A stretch of DNA of 64,000 nt from Diplonema japonicum (taxonomy: Eukaryota; Protista; Euglenozoa: Diplonemea), in NCBI GenBank assembly GCA_964019335.1, contig OZ025675.1:62001-126000 (forward strand), written 5' to 3'. Made by a program: the position numbers and the translations under genes. Shown in pieces: positions 19,992 to 31,828 of this stretch. How positions within the stretch are numbered: position 1 is the first letter of the stretch; each line of letters starts with the position of its first letter. Under the pieces are notes generated by a model. That model was not told the origin of the DNA and did not search any database. It saw only the letters and a program-made list of their open reading frames with translations.

Positions 19992-20399
19992 CGTGAGTGT
20001 AGCTCTATTAGAGATTATGGAAAAAGAAGAAAACCTTATCGAGGGAAAAGAAGGGGTGGGGGAGGGGGCGTCTAAAAGAAATCTTAACTTGACATTCTCT
20101 TTTTCTTTGTTGGCCGCAGAAGACAAAAAAAAGGGGTTTTTTCTTAACCTAGTAGGCCTTTCTTGCTCTGGGGGGGTGGGGGGGGGGGAGGACACAAAAA
20201 TGCGGTCAAGTCTTTTTTTTTCTTTCTTTTCTTTTTTTCGTTTTTTTTGATTTTTGATAAAATTGAATGTTGTTGTTACTTTAAAAAAAACAAAAAAAAA
20301 ATAGTAGGAAACATTGTTATTTTAGTTGACTAGGCTTATCCTAGCCTGTATAAACAACAATATCAAAAACTGGCTCTTCTTATGTGCGAAGAGAAGGAT

Positions 20400-20505
20400 G
20401 AGTCGGTTGATTGTTGTTTGTACCACTACTCTTTTTAGCAATAACAAATTCACTATCAATATATTGTTTTTCTTTGCTCGGTGCACAGCCGCAAAAAAAA
20501 AAAAA
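20400..20505. repeat. Repeat family B copy (internal deletion)
   Basis: GAGTCGGTTGATTGTTGTTTG...TACCACTACTCTTTTTAGCAATAAC. Confidence 0.8.
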
Positions 20506-21037
20506 TTCTGAATTAAAAAAAAAACAGAGGGAGGGAGGGAGGGGAGAAAAATCTCGGTACAAAAGGTATACAGGTCTTATATAGGAGGGTCTTAAAGTAT
20601 AAACACCTGACGAACCCATGATGTCTCACCGAACCTTTTCGGATTAAAGAAAACGAAGAGTAAGGATTACAAGAACTCAAGAGAAAGCATCAACGGGGGT
20701 ATGCTTGCAGCAGTGAATCCTCATCGCCATACTTACCTTAATTGTACCCTGACGTAGAATCCTGGTTCCAAGTGGGCCACTTCTGGTAAGGGACGTATCA
20801 GACCCACCAAAGGTGTCGTTTCATCTAGACAGCAGGATGAATCGAGAGCTAAGGTGTTCGCTCATCTGATCCCACAAAGGGGGCCCCACGCAACACAAAA
20901 AGCACAATAAAGAACAAATATATAAAAGAAAAAGAAGGGGGGAAAGGCAAATTACTTAACGTGCGTAGCCAACACTTCTTTCGAATGCTACAATGAACAC
21001 AAAGTCTTAAGGCCCATGTCTGTGAAATCATCATAAG

Positions 21038-23176
21038 TCAATGATTGCACGGCTCGCTTCCTGCCAAGGAACCTAAGGTACGAACGCATGCCTCATACAC
21101 ATTCAGCCCCAAACCTGTCACAGCAGCCTCCGCATGAAGCTCGAACCGAACACCGTCCATCGCACACAGCTCCTCAGCCACGCTCCCATACAGGCAGAAC
21201 ACATCATCCTTCACTCCCAATGAGCACAGCGACCCTGCCACATCCACACACCTACCCAAGGCTGTCACGAACCTCTGCTTCTTTCCCCCGACTGTCCCAT
21301 GCTTCACCTCACTGTTCGACAGCCCGATGTGGACCCCGACTCGGGATGCCATCACCATGTGAAGAGTGATGACGAAGGAGAGGGAGTTCTCGATGTGTGT
21401 GGGGCAAGGACGGGAGGTGTTCCACCCAACAGCAACCTTGCTGCCCTGAACAGAGATGAGGACCCCATGTGACCTCTCAGTGCACATCATCACCTTCGCA
21501 AGTGTGTCGTTCACAATGAATGAGGTCTGTGCAACATTGCACACATCGGGAAGCCTCATGTCCAGCAGGCCCACGCTTGCTGAGGATGACGACAGGAGTA
21601 GCATCTCTTGCTGTGTTAAGGTAGGTGACTCGGAGTGCCTCCTGAACGGTTGGACAAGGCGCCTGTCCCCCCTGCTGAGGAGGAGTTGTGACTCGATGAA
21701 AGGTGCCCTGCCAGAGAGGGTGTCGGGAAGCAAAGTGAACGGGCGTAAAGGGTCAGACACACCCTTCAGCCTCACTTCCCCCATCGGTATCGTGATTGTG
21801 TCAGAAATGCTTTCCCTAACAAGTTCCATGACCTCCTCAGTGACAGCAACAGCACCACCGATGCAAGCCCCCTCCATTCTTGAGGCTTTGTTCACAGTGT
21901 TCCCGAAGTAGTCGTACCTGCCTGTCAAGGTGTTCAGCTGCACATCAACCTCACCAAAGTGAACACCGATCCGAACACGAAGCCCACACCAAGGACCGTC
22001 GTCATTCCAAGCACAGTGTTCGAGACTTAGTAACTCCTGTGGCCACGTACTCTTAACCAGCCCCTCCTGAACAGACAGGGAAAAGGAGACAGCATCAATA
22101 GTTTCTCCGAAGGCCACCATGAAGGAGTCCCCAATGGTCTTCACCTCGTAACCCCCATTCATAGAAAGACACTCCCGCATCACATTGTTGTGAATCCTCA
22201 GTCCCTCCTTCATCCCCTCAGGGCAGGCCTCCCATGTTGCCGTCGATCCTTGGATGTCGGTGAAGACAAGGGCCGCCGTTCCTGTTTCACGACCAGGTGC
22301 CGGTACCTCCTTCAAGAGTTCACCAGCGTGCCGAAGCTCATCAAAAACAGCATCGGGGATATAAGGGCGGTAGACATGGAGGTTTGACAAGATGCTGCTG
22401 AAGGCATTGTGGAGGGGAGGGGGAAGGGTGGAAGTATCGAGGTTCTCATGTGCCTTGGTGAGGTCGAAGCGGGAGAGGGTCTCGGCGATGTTCTCAGCAG
22501 CAAGGATAACAATTTCCATCTTTTCATGCTCCGCGTAAAGACGGCTGGCGAAACCACGGGTGAAGTAGAAGTCAAGCAAGAAAATAGCACTGCGACCGAA
22601 AAAAATGACGAGACCCGTGACAAGGAAGGGCCTGGTGCATGGAAGGTCCGTGCAGTTAAGTAAATCATGGCGTTCATCTTGCGATGGAAGGAAGGAGAGG
22701 TCATAGAAGCCGACGCGGTAGGCTGACTCCACGGCGAAGACGGCAAACCATATCAACGAGGCGATGATGATGTTCCGCGTGACGTGTGACGGCAGCCGGA
22801 GGACGAGCGCGATGTCCAAGAGAACGACGATGGATGACCACATCTGCGGGTTGTAGAGGGTTGCGGACACCCAGTCGTCCAAAAGTGCAGTCAGCATGAT
22901 ACAGTACAAGGTACCCTCTGTCACACCGTGTCGGATCCTCTTCTCCAACACCAACTGCCCGAACAGTACCGAGCCCGCCACGAATGCAGGAGCAGATGTC
23001 ATGCGCCGAATGTCATCGAACCTCGCATTGTTAGACGTCAAGATGTACCCATACAGCACAACTGTCACAGCTGATGCGAAGAACAGGACCTTCTTGTTAA
23101 ACCGCGTCTGTGCGTCATCGCACGTCCTCATAATGAGTCTGTTCACATAAGCTAACAGACTGCTCATTTCTCTCAT
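21038..23176 (-). CDS. Receptor-type adenylate cyclase, 6-TM type (712 aa)
   Basis: Full motif set (GNTVNKASRME). Confidence 0.95.
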   Translation of the reverse strand: MREMSSLLAYVNRLIMRTCDDAQTRFNKKVLFFASAVTVVLYGYILTSNNARFDDIRRMTSAPAFVAGSVLFGQLVLEKRIRHGVTEGTLYCIMLTALLDDWVSATLYNPQMWSSIVVLLDIALVLRLPSHVTRNIIIASLIWFAVFAVESAYRVGFYDLSFLPSQDERHDLLNCTDLPCTRPFLVTGLVIFFGRSAIFLLDFYFTRGFASRLYAEHEKMEIVILAAENIAETLSRFDLTKAHENLDTSTLPPPLHNAFSSILSNLHVYRPYIPDAVFDELRHAGELLKEVPAPGRETGTAALVFTDIQGSTATWEACPEGMKEGLRIHNNVMRECLSMNGGYEVKTIGDSFMVAFGETIDAVSFSLSVQEGLVKSTWPQELLSLEHCAWNDDGPWCGLRVRIGVHFGEVDVQLNTLTGRYDYFGNTVNKASRMEGACIGGAVAVTEEVMELVRESISDTITIPMGEVRLKGVSDPLRPFTLLPDTLSGRAPFIESQLLLSRGDRRLVQPFRRHSESPTLTQQEMLLLSSSSASVGLLDMRLPDVCNVAQTSFIVNDTLAKVMMCTERSHGVLISVQGSKVAVGWNTSRPCPTHIENSLSFVITLHMVMASRVGVHIGLSNSEVKHGTVGGKKQRFVTALGRCVDVAGSLCSLGVKDDVFCLYGSVAEELCAMDGVRFELHAEAAVTGLGLNVYEACVRTLGSLAGSEPCNH

Positions 23177-23821
23177 GGGGTTTCTTTTTATTTATTTTCT
23201 TTATTCTTCCCTGCCTGTATGGGTGTGCAAATAGAAGAGAAGAGAAAAAAAAAAGAAAACGGCAACCCAAAAAGCCTACCGCGTGGTTTTCGAAAGAGAT
23301 GAAGTGTGCGGGTAAACAAGAATGAAAAAAAACCCTTTTCTTCTTTTTCTTTCTTTTTTGCTTGGAGTAAGAAAATATAAATGTATATATAGTATAAACA
23401 ATGCAAGCACCAAAGAGCGAATTTCTAAGTGCTATGACCTTGATGTTTTGTAAAGCGAAGGTATAGGTTGCGAGAAAACCCCTCAAAAAAAAACACTTTT
23501 TTTAGAAAGAACAAAAGGGGAGGGGAAAAAAAAAAACAAATAGAGAAAACATACCTGAAAAAGACGTAGAAGAATTGAAAAAAAAAGATTAAATAAAATA
23601 AATGTAAGTGATTAATTCAGATTGAGATGGATGGTTGCAGGGGAAAGAAAGAAAGAAAATAGAAAAAAAAACTAAAAGCTATTTGCTCATGACGGGGTGA
23701 ATAACAAGAGGTACCGTGAAGAGGTGCCGCTGCTCGCCACTGTTGAAAAAGACTTCACTTCTGTGAAGCGCCTTCTACAGATTTGGAAGAGGAAAAGGTA
23801 GGGGGGGGGGGGGGGGGGGGC

Positions 23822-24117
23822 TAGGGGGGGTCATATGGTCCTTAAAAAGGGCCACTTTTTGCCCTTTTTCAGGCTCTTCGCCAAGGGCATTTTGGGCCCT
23901 TAAAAAAAACTGTAACCACCCCAAAAGTGCCCACAAATCACCCAAACCCCCGTTTCCCGATGGTTTCCGGCCCCAGAAGTGCCCAGAATCGGAATAGGTT
24001 CTAATTTTGGGGCCCCCGTTTGGTACTTTCCCTATGTAATCCTAGGGAACATAAAATGCCCTTGGTGAAGAGCCTGAAAAAGGGCAAAAAACGACCCCCT
24101 TATGACCCCCCCCTCTA
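23822..24117. mobile_element. MITE family D (long TIRs)
   Basis: TAGGGGGGGTCATA...TATGACCCCCCCCTCTA ends, plus an inner inverted repeat TTTTTGCCCTTTTTCAGGCTCTTCGCCAAGGGCATTTT / AAAATGCCCTTGGTGAAGAGCCTGAAAAAGGGCAAAAA. Copies at 34651 and 62718. Confidence 0.85.
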
Positions 24118-24780
24118 GGCATAGGTAAGACGACTCGCACCAAATTCTCGCATGCGAGAATGATGCGAGAATTCTTTTTGGCTGAAACTTCAACAGGGAA
24201 AGCCAGGTGCCTGAGTGTCAAAATCTTCGAAGGACCTCAACAGGCAGTGCTTTGCCCCGTGGTGGGGCAGGAGTTCATAGACGGGTGGGCAATGTTGTGT
24301 TTGGTCGCAGCAGGCACCACCACCACCAAGCAGCAAACACGCCTTCTCAGCATCCCATTGGTGGAGCTCGCACATGAAGATACCGACACCAGACACGCTG
24401 CTGGCAAAGGGGCCCGGATTCGAGAAGGAGGCAAGGGCTCGAGAAGAGTGAAGCAAAGCATGAAAAGACCCTGTTGCCGCTAAGCACAGACGCCACCAGT
24501 GCCAAACATTTCTGGGCTGGTCGGATACTCAGTGGAGGGTGAATCACACACGGGGGCGGACGTGAACGCACTGATCGTGTTAGTTCGGGAGGAGTATGAA
24601 GGTCGAGGGGGGGTCATTTTTGACACATGCACACCTGAAGTGCACACTAGCATGTGCGAGAATCGTGCGAGAATGTGCGAGAATCATGCGAGAATTTCGG
24701 CTGCGTGCGAGTCGTTTTGCGAGAATTTCGGCTCAGATCTTTTTTGTGCGAGAATGCGAGTCGCCTCACCACTATGCCTG
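24116..24780. mobile_element. Non-autonomous TIR element family F with TGCGAGAA subterminal repeats (hAT-like ends)
   Basis: Left TAGGCATAGGTAAGACGACTCGCA versus right (reverse complement) CAGGCATAGTGGTGAGGCGACTCGCA. Clusters of TGCGAGAA at 24145-24172 and 24655-24755. Confidence 0.75.
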
Positions 24781-24858
24781 GGGGGGGGGGGGGGGGGGGG
24801 GTCAATCCCCAAAAGCGAGAAGTGTTAAAGAATATATGAGTTAGAAAAGGAGCTAAAC

Positions 24859-27636
24859 CTATGCCAGGCCGTGTGCGTATGATTCTCGAATCGCTTGGAA
24901 GTTTTGTCGGAGAGACGCGGCTTCTACATGTGCCTCATACACATTCAGCCCCAAACCTGTCACAGCAGCCTCCGCATGAAGCTCGAACCGAACACCGTCC
25001 ATCGCACACAGTTCCTCAGCCACGCTCCCATACAGGCAGAACACATCATCCTTCACTCCCAATGAGCACAGCGACCCTGCCACATCCACACACCTACCTA
25101 AGACTGTCACGAACTTCTGCTTCTTTACCCCGACTGTCCCATGCTTCACCTCACTGTTCGACAGCCCGATGTGAAGCTTGGCTCGTGATGTAATAAACCT
25201 GTGGAGAGTGACGACGAAGGAGAGGGAGTTCTCGATGTGTGTGGGGCAGGGACGGGAGGTGTTCCACCCAACAGCAACCCTGCTGCCCTGAACAGAGATG
25301 AGGACCCCATGTGACCTCTCAGTGCACATCATCACCTTCGCAAGTGTGTCGTTCACAACGAGTGAAGTCTCCGCAGCACCCCACTCATCGGGAAGCCTCA
25401 TGTCCAGAAAACCCATGCTTGCTGAGGATGACGTCAGCCCTGTCCCTCCTGTGTCAGGAATGCTGACGACAGGGGGTTGGACAAGGTCCTCTTCCGAGTA
25501 AAGTTGTGACCTGACATAAGGTGCTCGGAATGACAGGTTGTCAGAAAGTAAGATGGAGGGATACACGGAAGCAGCCACACCCCTCAGCCTCACCTCGCCC
25601 ATTGGTATCACGACAGCTTCAAAATCACAGAACTCAATCTTCTCCATGACCTCCTCAGTGACAGCAACAGCACCCCCAACACAGGCCCCTTCCATCCGAG
25701 CCGCCTTGTTCACAGTGTTCCCGAAGTAGTCGTACCTGCCTGTCAAGGTGTTCAGCTGCACATCAACCTCACCAAAGTGAACACCAATCCGAACACGAAG
25801 CCCACACCAAGGACCATTCCTGTCCCAAGCAAAGCGTTCAAGACGAAGAAGCTCCTGTGGCCACGCTCCCTCCAGAAGCCTTTCCTGAACAGACAGGGAA
25901 AAGGAGACAGCATCAATAGTTTCCTCGAAGGCCACCATGAAAGCGTCCCCAATGGTCTTCACCTCATACCCGTTGTGCTCAGAAAGACACTCCCGCATCA
26001 CATTGTTGTGAACCTCCAGCCCCTCCTTCATCCCCTCAGGGCACGCCTCCCATGTTGCCGTCGATCCTTGGATGTCGGTGAAGACAAGGGCGGCCTTCCC
26101 TGTCTCGAGACCAGGTGCGGGGATATTACTGACAGGGTAACTTGTTGCCGCAGCTTCGTCCACAGACATGGCACCTGGAAGAAAGGCCTTGTACTCCCTC
26201 AGACCCTTGATCGCCATGAGCATCCCATCAGTGACACGGGCCACCTCCTTCAGCATAACAGGTTTGTACATCGACTTCATGTGTGCTTCAGCTTTGTCCA
26301 GATCCATCGTCTCTAGGAACCTGTTCGCAGCAGCAAGGCTCAGCAAAGGTTGGGCGATCAGAACAATCTCCAAAACAGCAATCACCATGTCCACTGCGAA
26401 GATCACACAACAAGCGATGATGAACTTCACCAGTGCCGCGTACACCTTGTCGTTCACAGAGGACACAGTGCGCATCCAGAGAAGCTCGTAGGTGTTGGAA
26501 GTGGTACTGCAGACATGGGTGAGTCGCAGGAAGTACTCCCCGCCTTCTAGCGATGCGCTGACATTGTACACCGTTGGGAAGCTCGTGTCCCATGGGAACT
26601 TGAACCCCATCCTGACGGTGAAGTTAAAATCAGTAGAAGGAAGATGTGCGGTGAAGAAGGTTCCTCGAAGACGTGGCACTGAAGCATTCAATGCTGCGGC
26701 TACAGTTGGCCCGAGTTCATTGGGGTGCATTAGACAGTCCTTATTTGTTGGACACATAACTGAGCACCCTTCATAGCACTTCGGGCTGATGACCGGACTA
26801 TCGAAGAGCGTGTGCACAAAGACCTGCTGCTTGACAGAGTCGAGAACGATGAGACTGGTGTCTGCTGTTTGGAACTCTTCGATGATAGGTCCCCAGTTGC
26901 TGTAGTTGAATCGTGTTGAAGCAGTGAAACTGTAGTCATCTAACCACCTTGGCTTGTGGTTTAAAGAAAATTCAGAATAGATGTAAGGCTTCCCTTTATA
27001 GAAATAAGGCTCTCTGGTGTGCCATCCATTTTCATGAGAACGAATCTTTGCCCCAATAGGCAGATGAGAACCACTCTCCTCGATTCTCGTTCCTAAGTAT
27101 ATCTTCTTCAGCCCCCAAGAAAAGTATCCATGGGGACACGAATCGCTTGTCTCTGGGGCAGTAGAACTATCCGTTATCCAATCGGTGTCATCGAGATAGA
27201 TTGAACCGTAGAAGAAGCCATTGGGGTTTTGCGTGCAACCCTTATAACTCCCCGCCTTGCAAGTGCATGAAGCGTTGTAGCTCTGTATGTTAAGCAAATA
27301 GTATTCCATTACAGTGATGTATCTTGAAGAATGTACAGCAGCGTAGGCCTGTGCCCTCATGATGGCCTGAAGGCGAGTGACCTCATTTGATGAGTTTACT
27401 ACATCGTTCCTGTCGACGAGCAGCTTCAGCTTGTTGGATGTTGCCTCTACCTCAATGAGTGGTCTTCTAAGATCCTGCGTGGCACGGCTTGCCACAGATG
27501 CACTTGTGCCGTCTACTGCCGAGCGAAGTGCTGTAGCTATCTCCATGTGCAGCAAGTACCCTGCCGCGATAGAGATCCCGATCGACACCACCGCTGTTGC
27601 CACTATCATGAACCTTGATGGGATGTAGGTGCGCAT
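24859..27636 (-). CDS. Receptor-type adenylate cyclase, large-ectodomain type (925 aa)
   Basis: N-terminal hydrophobic anchor, about 370-aa Cys-containing ectodomain, second TM (VYAALVKFIIACCVIFAVDMVIAVLEIVLIA), HAMP-like linker, then the same cyclase and pseudo-cyclase tail. Confidence 0.95.
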   Translation of the reverse strand: MRTYIPSRFMIVATAVVSIGISIAAGYLLHMEIATALRSAVDGTSASVASRATQDLRRPLIEVEATSNKLKLLVDRNDVVNSSNEVTRLQAIMRAQAYAAVHSSRYITVMEYYLLNIQSYNASCTCKAGSYKGCTQNPNGFFYGSIYLDDTDWITDSSTAPETSDSCPHGYFSWGLKKIYLGTRIEESGSHLPIGAKIRSHENGWHTREPYFYKGKPYIYSEFSLNHKPRWLDDYSFTASTRFNYSNWGPIIEEFQTADTSLIVLDSVKQQVFVHTLFDSPVISPKCYEGCSVMCPTNKDCLMHPNELGPTVAAALNASVPRLRGTFFTAHLPSTDFNFTVRMGFKFPWDTSFPTVYNVSASLEGGEYFLRLTHVCSTTSNTYELLWMRTVSSVNDKVYAALVKFIIACCVIFAVDMVIAVLEIVLIAQPLLSLAAANRFLETMDLDKAEAHMKSMYKPVMLKEVARVTDGMLMAIKGLREYKAFLPGAMSVDEAAATSYPVSNIPAPGLETGKAALVFTDIQGSTATWEACPEGMKEGLEVHNNVMRECLSEHNGYEVKTIGDAFMVAFEETIDAVSFSLSVQERLLEGAWPQELLRLERFAWDRNGPWCGLRVRIGVHFGEVDVQLNTLTGRYDYFGNTVNKAARMEGACVGGAVAVTEEVMEKIEFCDFEAVVIPMGEVRLRGVAASVYPSILLSDNLSFRAPYVRSQLYSEEDLVQPPVVSIPDTGGTGLTSSSASMGFLDMRLPDEWGAAETSLVVNDTLAKVMMCTERSHGVLISVQGSRVAVGWNTSRPCPTHIENSLSFVVTLHRFITSRAKLHIGLSNSEVKHGTVGVKKQKFVTVLGRCVDVAGSLCSLGVKDDVFCLYGSVAEELCAMDGVRFELHAEAAVTGLGLNVYEAHVEAASLRQNFQAIRESYAHGLA

Positions 27637-27801
27637 TGTGAGCCGGGTTTAGGCACAGATTGGCCCTCCCCCCTTCTTATTTTTTTTCTCTTTCTCCCTG
27701 TATACAACTGAATAACAAATACAAAAAAAAGAAATAAAAGACAATAAAAGAGAAAAGAAAACTCGCTGTCTAGACAAAAAGGTCAAACAAAAAAAGAAAA
27801 G

Positions 27802-27915
27802 GAGTCGGCTGACTGTTGTTTTGTTCACAGCTTGGATTAACCTTTAGAAAGGATAAAGCCCATCAATGCTACTCTCTTTAGCAATAAGAATTCCACTATC
27901 AACATTGTTTTTCTT
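27802..27915. repeat. Repeat family B copy (diverged)
   Basis: GAGTCGGCTGACTGTTGTTTTGTTCACAGC...GATAAAGCCCATCAATGCTAC. Confidence 0.75.
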
Positions 27916-28213
27916 CAAAGGAACAAATGGGAAAAAAAAAACGAATTTACTAAAAGCCGCTAGTTGCAACCCATGGAAACAAAAGAAAGAACGAAAGGTA
28001 AAAACCTTTTGTACTACATAAGCATAGTAGCTGGAGAGAAGAGGGAAGACTCACCTTGATCACCAGGTGAAATTGACAGCAACGGCATCACAAGGATACT
28101 CACACGCGCAGATAATCTCTTGCAAATGATAAAAGATAAAGGAGGAAGGCCCTTCTGTCCCTCTGCGACCGATACGTCACCTTCCAGCATCAGGTGCGAC
28201 TGCGTATGCAGGG

Positions 28214-31024
28214 CTAGCAATCAGTTGCATATTGAAAGTCTGCTTGCATAGAGTCGAAGGCCCGAACCCTCGCCTCATAAACATTCAGCCCCAAACCTGT
28301 CACAGCAGCCTCCGCATGAAGCTCGAACCGAACACCGTCCATCGCACACAGCTCCTCAGCCACGCTCCCATACAGGCAGAACACATCATCCTTCACTCCC
28401 AATGAGCACAGCGACCCTGCCACATCCACACACCTACCTAAGACTGTCACGAACTTCTGCATTCTCCCCCCGACTGTCCCATGCTTCACTTCACTGTTCG
28501 ACAGCCCGATGTGAAGCTGTATCTTAGACCCGGGGACTGCCACCGCTCGATGGAGAGTGAAGACAAAAGAAAGAGAGTTCTCGATGTGTGTGGGGCAGGG
28601 ACGGGAGGTGTTCCATGCTATAGTTACCTTGCTACCCTGAACAGAGATGAGGACCCCATGTGACCTCTCAGTGCACATCATCACCTTCGCAAGTGTGTCG
28701 TTCACAACGAGTGAAGTCTCCGCAGCATTGCACTCATCGGGAAGCCTCATGTCCAGCAGGCCCACGCTTGCTGAGGATGACGACAGGAGTAAAGTCTCGA
28801 AGGAGCTGTGCTGACCCGTCTGGGAAGGCGGTCTGACAGCAGGTGGCATTAGGTGCCTGTTCCCCCTGCTGATGCGAAGTTCTGACTCAATGAAAGGAGC
28901 CCTGCCAGAGAGAGTGTTGGGAAGCAAGATCAAAGGGTGCAAAGGGTCAGCCACACCCTTCAGTACCATTCTACCCATCGATATCACAACCATGTCATGA
29001 GAATGTTCCTCAATCTTCTCCATGACCTCCTCAGTGACAGCAACAGCACCCCCAACACAGGCCCCTTCCATCCGAGCCGCCTTGTTCACAGTGTTCCCGA
29101 AGTAGTCGTACCTGCCTGTAAGTTTGTTAAACTGCACATCAACCTCACCAAAGTGAACACCAATCCGAACACGAAGCCCACACCAAGGACCGTCCTCATT
29201 CCAAGAACACTGGTCAAGGTTGAGAAGATCCTGCGGCCACACACTTTTCACGAGCCCCTCCTGAACAGACAGGGAAAAGGAGACAGCATCAAGAGCTTTC
29301 TCGAAGGCCACCATGAAGGAGTCCCCAATGGTCTTCACCTCGTACCCGTTGTGCTCAGAAAGACACTCCCGCATCACATTGTTATGAACTTTTAGACCTT
29401 CTCTCATTCCCTCAGGGCACGCCTCCCATGTTGCCGTTGATCCTTGGATGTCGGTGAAGACAAGGGCGGCCTTCTTTGACTCGAGACCAGGTGCGGAGAC
29501 CTCATCGTTAGGGTGGCTTGTCGCTAAATCGTCCTCCACAAACAAGGCACTCGGGAGGAAGGCCTTGTACTCCCTCAGACCCTTGATCGCCATGAGCATC
29601 CCATCAGCGACATGGGCCATCTCCTGCACCATCACAGGGCCGTACAACGATCTCATGTGTGCTTCAGCTTTGTCAAGATCCATCGTCTCTAGGAACCTGT
29701 TCCCAACAACAAGGCTCAGAAGTGGATAGGCGATCAGAACAATCTCCAAAACAGCAATCACCATGTCCACTGCGAAGATCACACAACAAGCGATGATGAA
29801 CTTCACCAGTGCCGCGTACACCTTGTCGTTCACAGAGGACACGGAACGCATCCAGAGAAGCTCGACGTGTGTATCGATGTAGACATTGGAGAGCCGCAGA
29901 AAATTCTCGCCGTCCAACGAAGTGTCAACGAAGTAATCCTTGTTGAAGGACGGGTTGTACCTGACCTCAGTGCGCATGCTTGTGGAGGGAAGATCTGCGG
30001 TGAAGAATGTTCCGCGGGGATGTGGCAATGCAGCCTTCACAGCAGAGGCAATTGTTGGCCCAAGGTCGACAAGCTGAAGCTGGCACTCCATCTTTATGGG
30101 TGCTCTGGAGCAGCCCAGGCTTTCACACTTTTCGTTGCACTCCGGTTTCACAACGGGACCGTCGTACAAAGTGTGCGCGAAGACACTGCTGCTGACAGAG
30201 TCGAAGACGATCAGCTCGGTATTTGGGGTCTGAAACTCTTTGATCACATCCATCCAAGGGCTGTAGAGGAAGTGCCCCATGATGATAAGATCATATCTTT
30301 CGTGTGCCCACGATAAAGAGACTCTCCGGATGTACGTTGTGTAAGCATGAGGGGTCCAGTCATGGCCCACCCAGATGGCTGTAGGCAACCACGTCCCATT
30401 GCCGTCGTTCGATTCCATGACCGATCTGACGTGAGCTTCGGTGTCGAAAGGCACGGAGGCGGAATAAACCTCAGGAGCGGGAGCACCTGTTTTATTGTTC
30501 AAAGCAATGTCGTCCAGTACCCAGGTGTTTGAATCGACCATAGCAACGCTTCTTGAAAGCCAATACAGTTCCACTCCGCCAGTGGCTGAGTTAAGGACAG
30601 GATCGGCCCACACCATCTGGCTGCTGAGCCCGTTGGTGTCGTCCCATGGGCATGCTGTGCACGAGGCATCGTATTCTTTAGATAGAAAATGTTGCAGACC
30701 GAACCTGTGCTCTGTTGTACTCAGGGCAGAGAAAGCTTGTGCGCTGAAGAGCGCTTGAACGAAGTCCATTCCGAGTGACACGTTCATCGAGTCCTCCCTG
30801 TCGAACAGTGTAGCCCCTTCAAGGGTGAGCATCGTTACATCATCGAGCATCAGCTTCAGGCGCTGCTTTGCGCTCTCTGATGCTGCAGCACTTGCGTCGT
30901 CCACCGCCGATCGCAGGACCGAGATACTCTCCACATACAGCATGCACCCTGCTAGAATAGAGATCGCAGTCGATACCACTGTCGCAGCCAAGATTAGCAA
31001 TGTAGCAGAAACGTAGATACGCAT
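28214..31024 (-). CDS. Receptor-type adenylate cyclase, large-ectodomain type (936 aa from MRIYVS)
   Basis: MRIYVS aligns with MRTYIP of the neighbouring gene; identical second TM; full catalytic motifs. Confidence 0.94.
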   Translation of the reverse strand: MRIYVSATLLILAATVVSTAISILAGCMLYVESISVLRSAVDDASAAASESAKQRLKLMLDDVTMLTLEGATLFDREDSMNVSLGMDFVQALFSAQAFSALSTTEHRFGLQHFLSKEYDASCTACPWDDTNGLSSQMVWADPVLNSATGGVELYWLSRSVAMVDSNTWVLDDIALNNKTGAPAPEVYSASVPFDTEAHVRSVMESNDGNGTWLPTAIWVGHDWTPHAYTTYIRRVSLSWAHERYDLIIMGHFLYSPWMDVIKEFQTPNTELIVFDSVSSSVFAHTLYDGPVVKPECNEKCESLGCSRAPIKMECQLQLVDLGPTIASAVKAALPHPRGTFFTADLPSTSMRTEVRYNPSFNKDYFVDTSLDGENFLRLSNVYIDTHVELLWMRSVSSVNDKVYAALVKFIIACCVIFAVDMVIAVLEIVLIAYPLLSLVVGNRFLETMDLDKAEAHMRSLYGPVMVQEMAHVADGMLMAIKGLREYKAFLPSALFVEDDLATSHPNDEVSAPGLESKKAALVFTDIQGSTATWEACPEGMREGLKVHNNVMRECLSEHNGYEVKTIGDSFMVAFEKALDAVSFSLSVQEGLVKSVWPQDLLNLDQCSWNEDGPWCGLRVRIGVHFGEVDVQFNKLTGRYDYFGNTVNKAARMEGACVGGAVAVTEEVMEKIEEHSHDMVVISMGRMVLKGVADPLHPLILLPNTLSGRAPFIESELRISRGNRHLMPPAVRPPSQTGQHSSFETLLLSSSSASVGLLDMRLPDECNAAETSLVVNDTLAKVMMCTERSHGVLISVQGSKVTIAWNTSRPCPTHIENSLSFVFTLHRAVAVPGSKIQLHIGLSNSEVKHGTVGGRMQKFVTVLGRCVDVAGSLCSLGVKDDVFCLYGSVAEELCAMDGVRFELHAEAAVTGLGLNVYEARVRAFDSMQADFQYATDC

Positions 31025-31828
31025 TTTGCAGCCCTTGACTGTATGGGGGAAAGAGTTAGAGGGGAGACAGCTGACCGCCGCATCTTGCGCAAGGAAATGG
31101 TTCCACGGACTCGTTTCTACGTGCCGAGCATGACAAAAGAGCAAAGAAAAAAAAAAAAAAAGAGACATTTAAGGGTACCAAAAAAAAACAAGAAAAAGAA
31201 AAGCGTTCGGAAAAGACACAATGCACGTGGTGATTAGAACAGAATATAAGAGGTGTAAAAGGTGCAAGTACAATATCGTACATAAACAAGAGTGGAATGA
31301 GCTACTAATTGAATGATAAGAATCTCTGGAGCACTGAGACCAGTTCCTGTCACCAGAAGTCTAGAGATATCGTTCACGAAACAAAAAGAAAAGACACAAA
31401 CGGAGAGCTCGGCAAGAGAGCTACCTTCCCGGTGAAATGTACCAAAAGAATTAATTCGTTAAGAAGTGCAGGGTGCTGGAATGGGGGGGGGAGTACTGTT
31501 CAATGCTTGAAGAAATAATTTTTGAGCTAAAGGAAGTCGTTGCGAGACTCTCAAATAAGGTTCAGACCTGATCACAAAACAGTGATTAGCCCCGATCTAT
31601 TGCAACACAGCAAATATTCAGCTTAGAGTGGATTCACCGTAAAGTTCAAACATCACAAAAAAAAGGAATGACGAAACTCTGTCGGTGAGAGCTGACCCTG
31701 CAAGGTTGGTTGAAGACCCAACTGCCCAACTCGGGTACAGCATATAAGAGAGAAAAACACATATAATATAACAGAAATAGATACATACATTCGATAGGTA
31801 AAAACTTTAGTTAACTAATAAACAAGTA

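Noticed and set aside
20729-20738. ATACTTACCT, matching the U1 snRNA 5' end
   Set aside because: No U1 stem-loops or Sm site recognisable downstream; could be chance or a minus-strand 5' splice-site-like motif.
24190-24640. Transposase remnant inside element F
   Set aside because: No recognisable hAT or other transposase motif in the frames I could read.
24650-24760. TGCGAGAA repeats as a CRISPR-like array
   Set aside because: Units of 8-9 bp without unique spacers, in a eukaryotic context; these are subterminal repeats of a TIR element.
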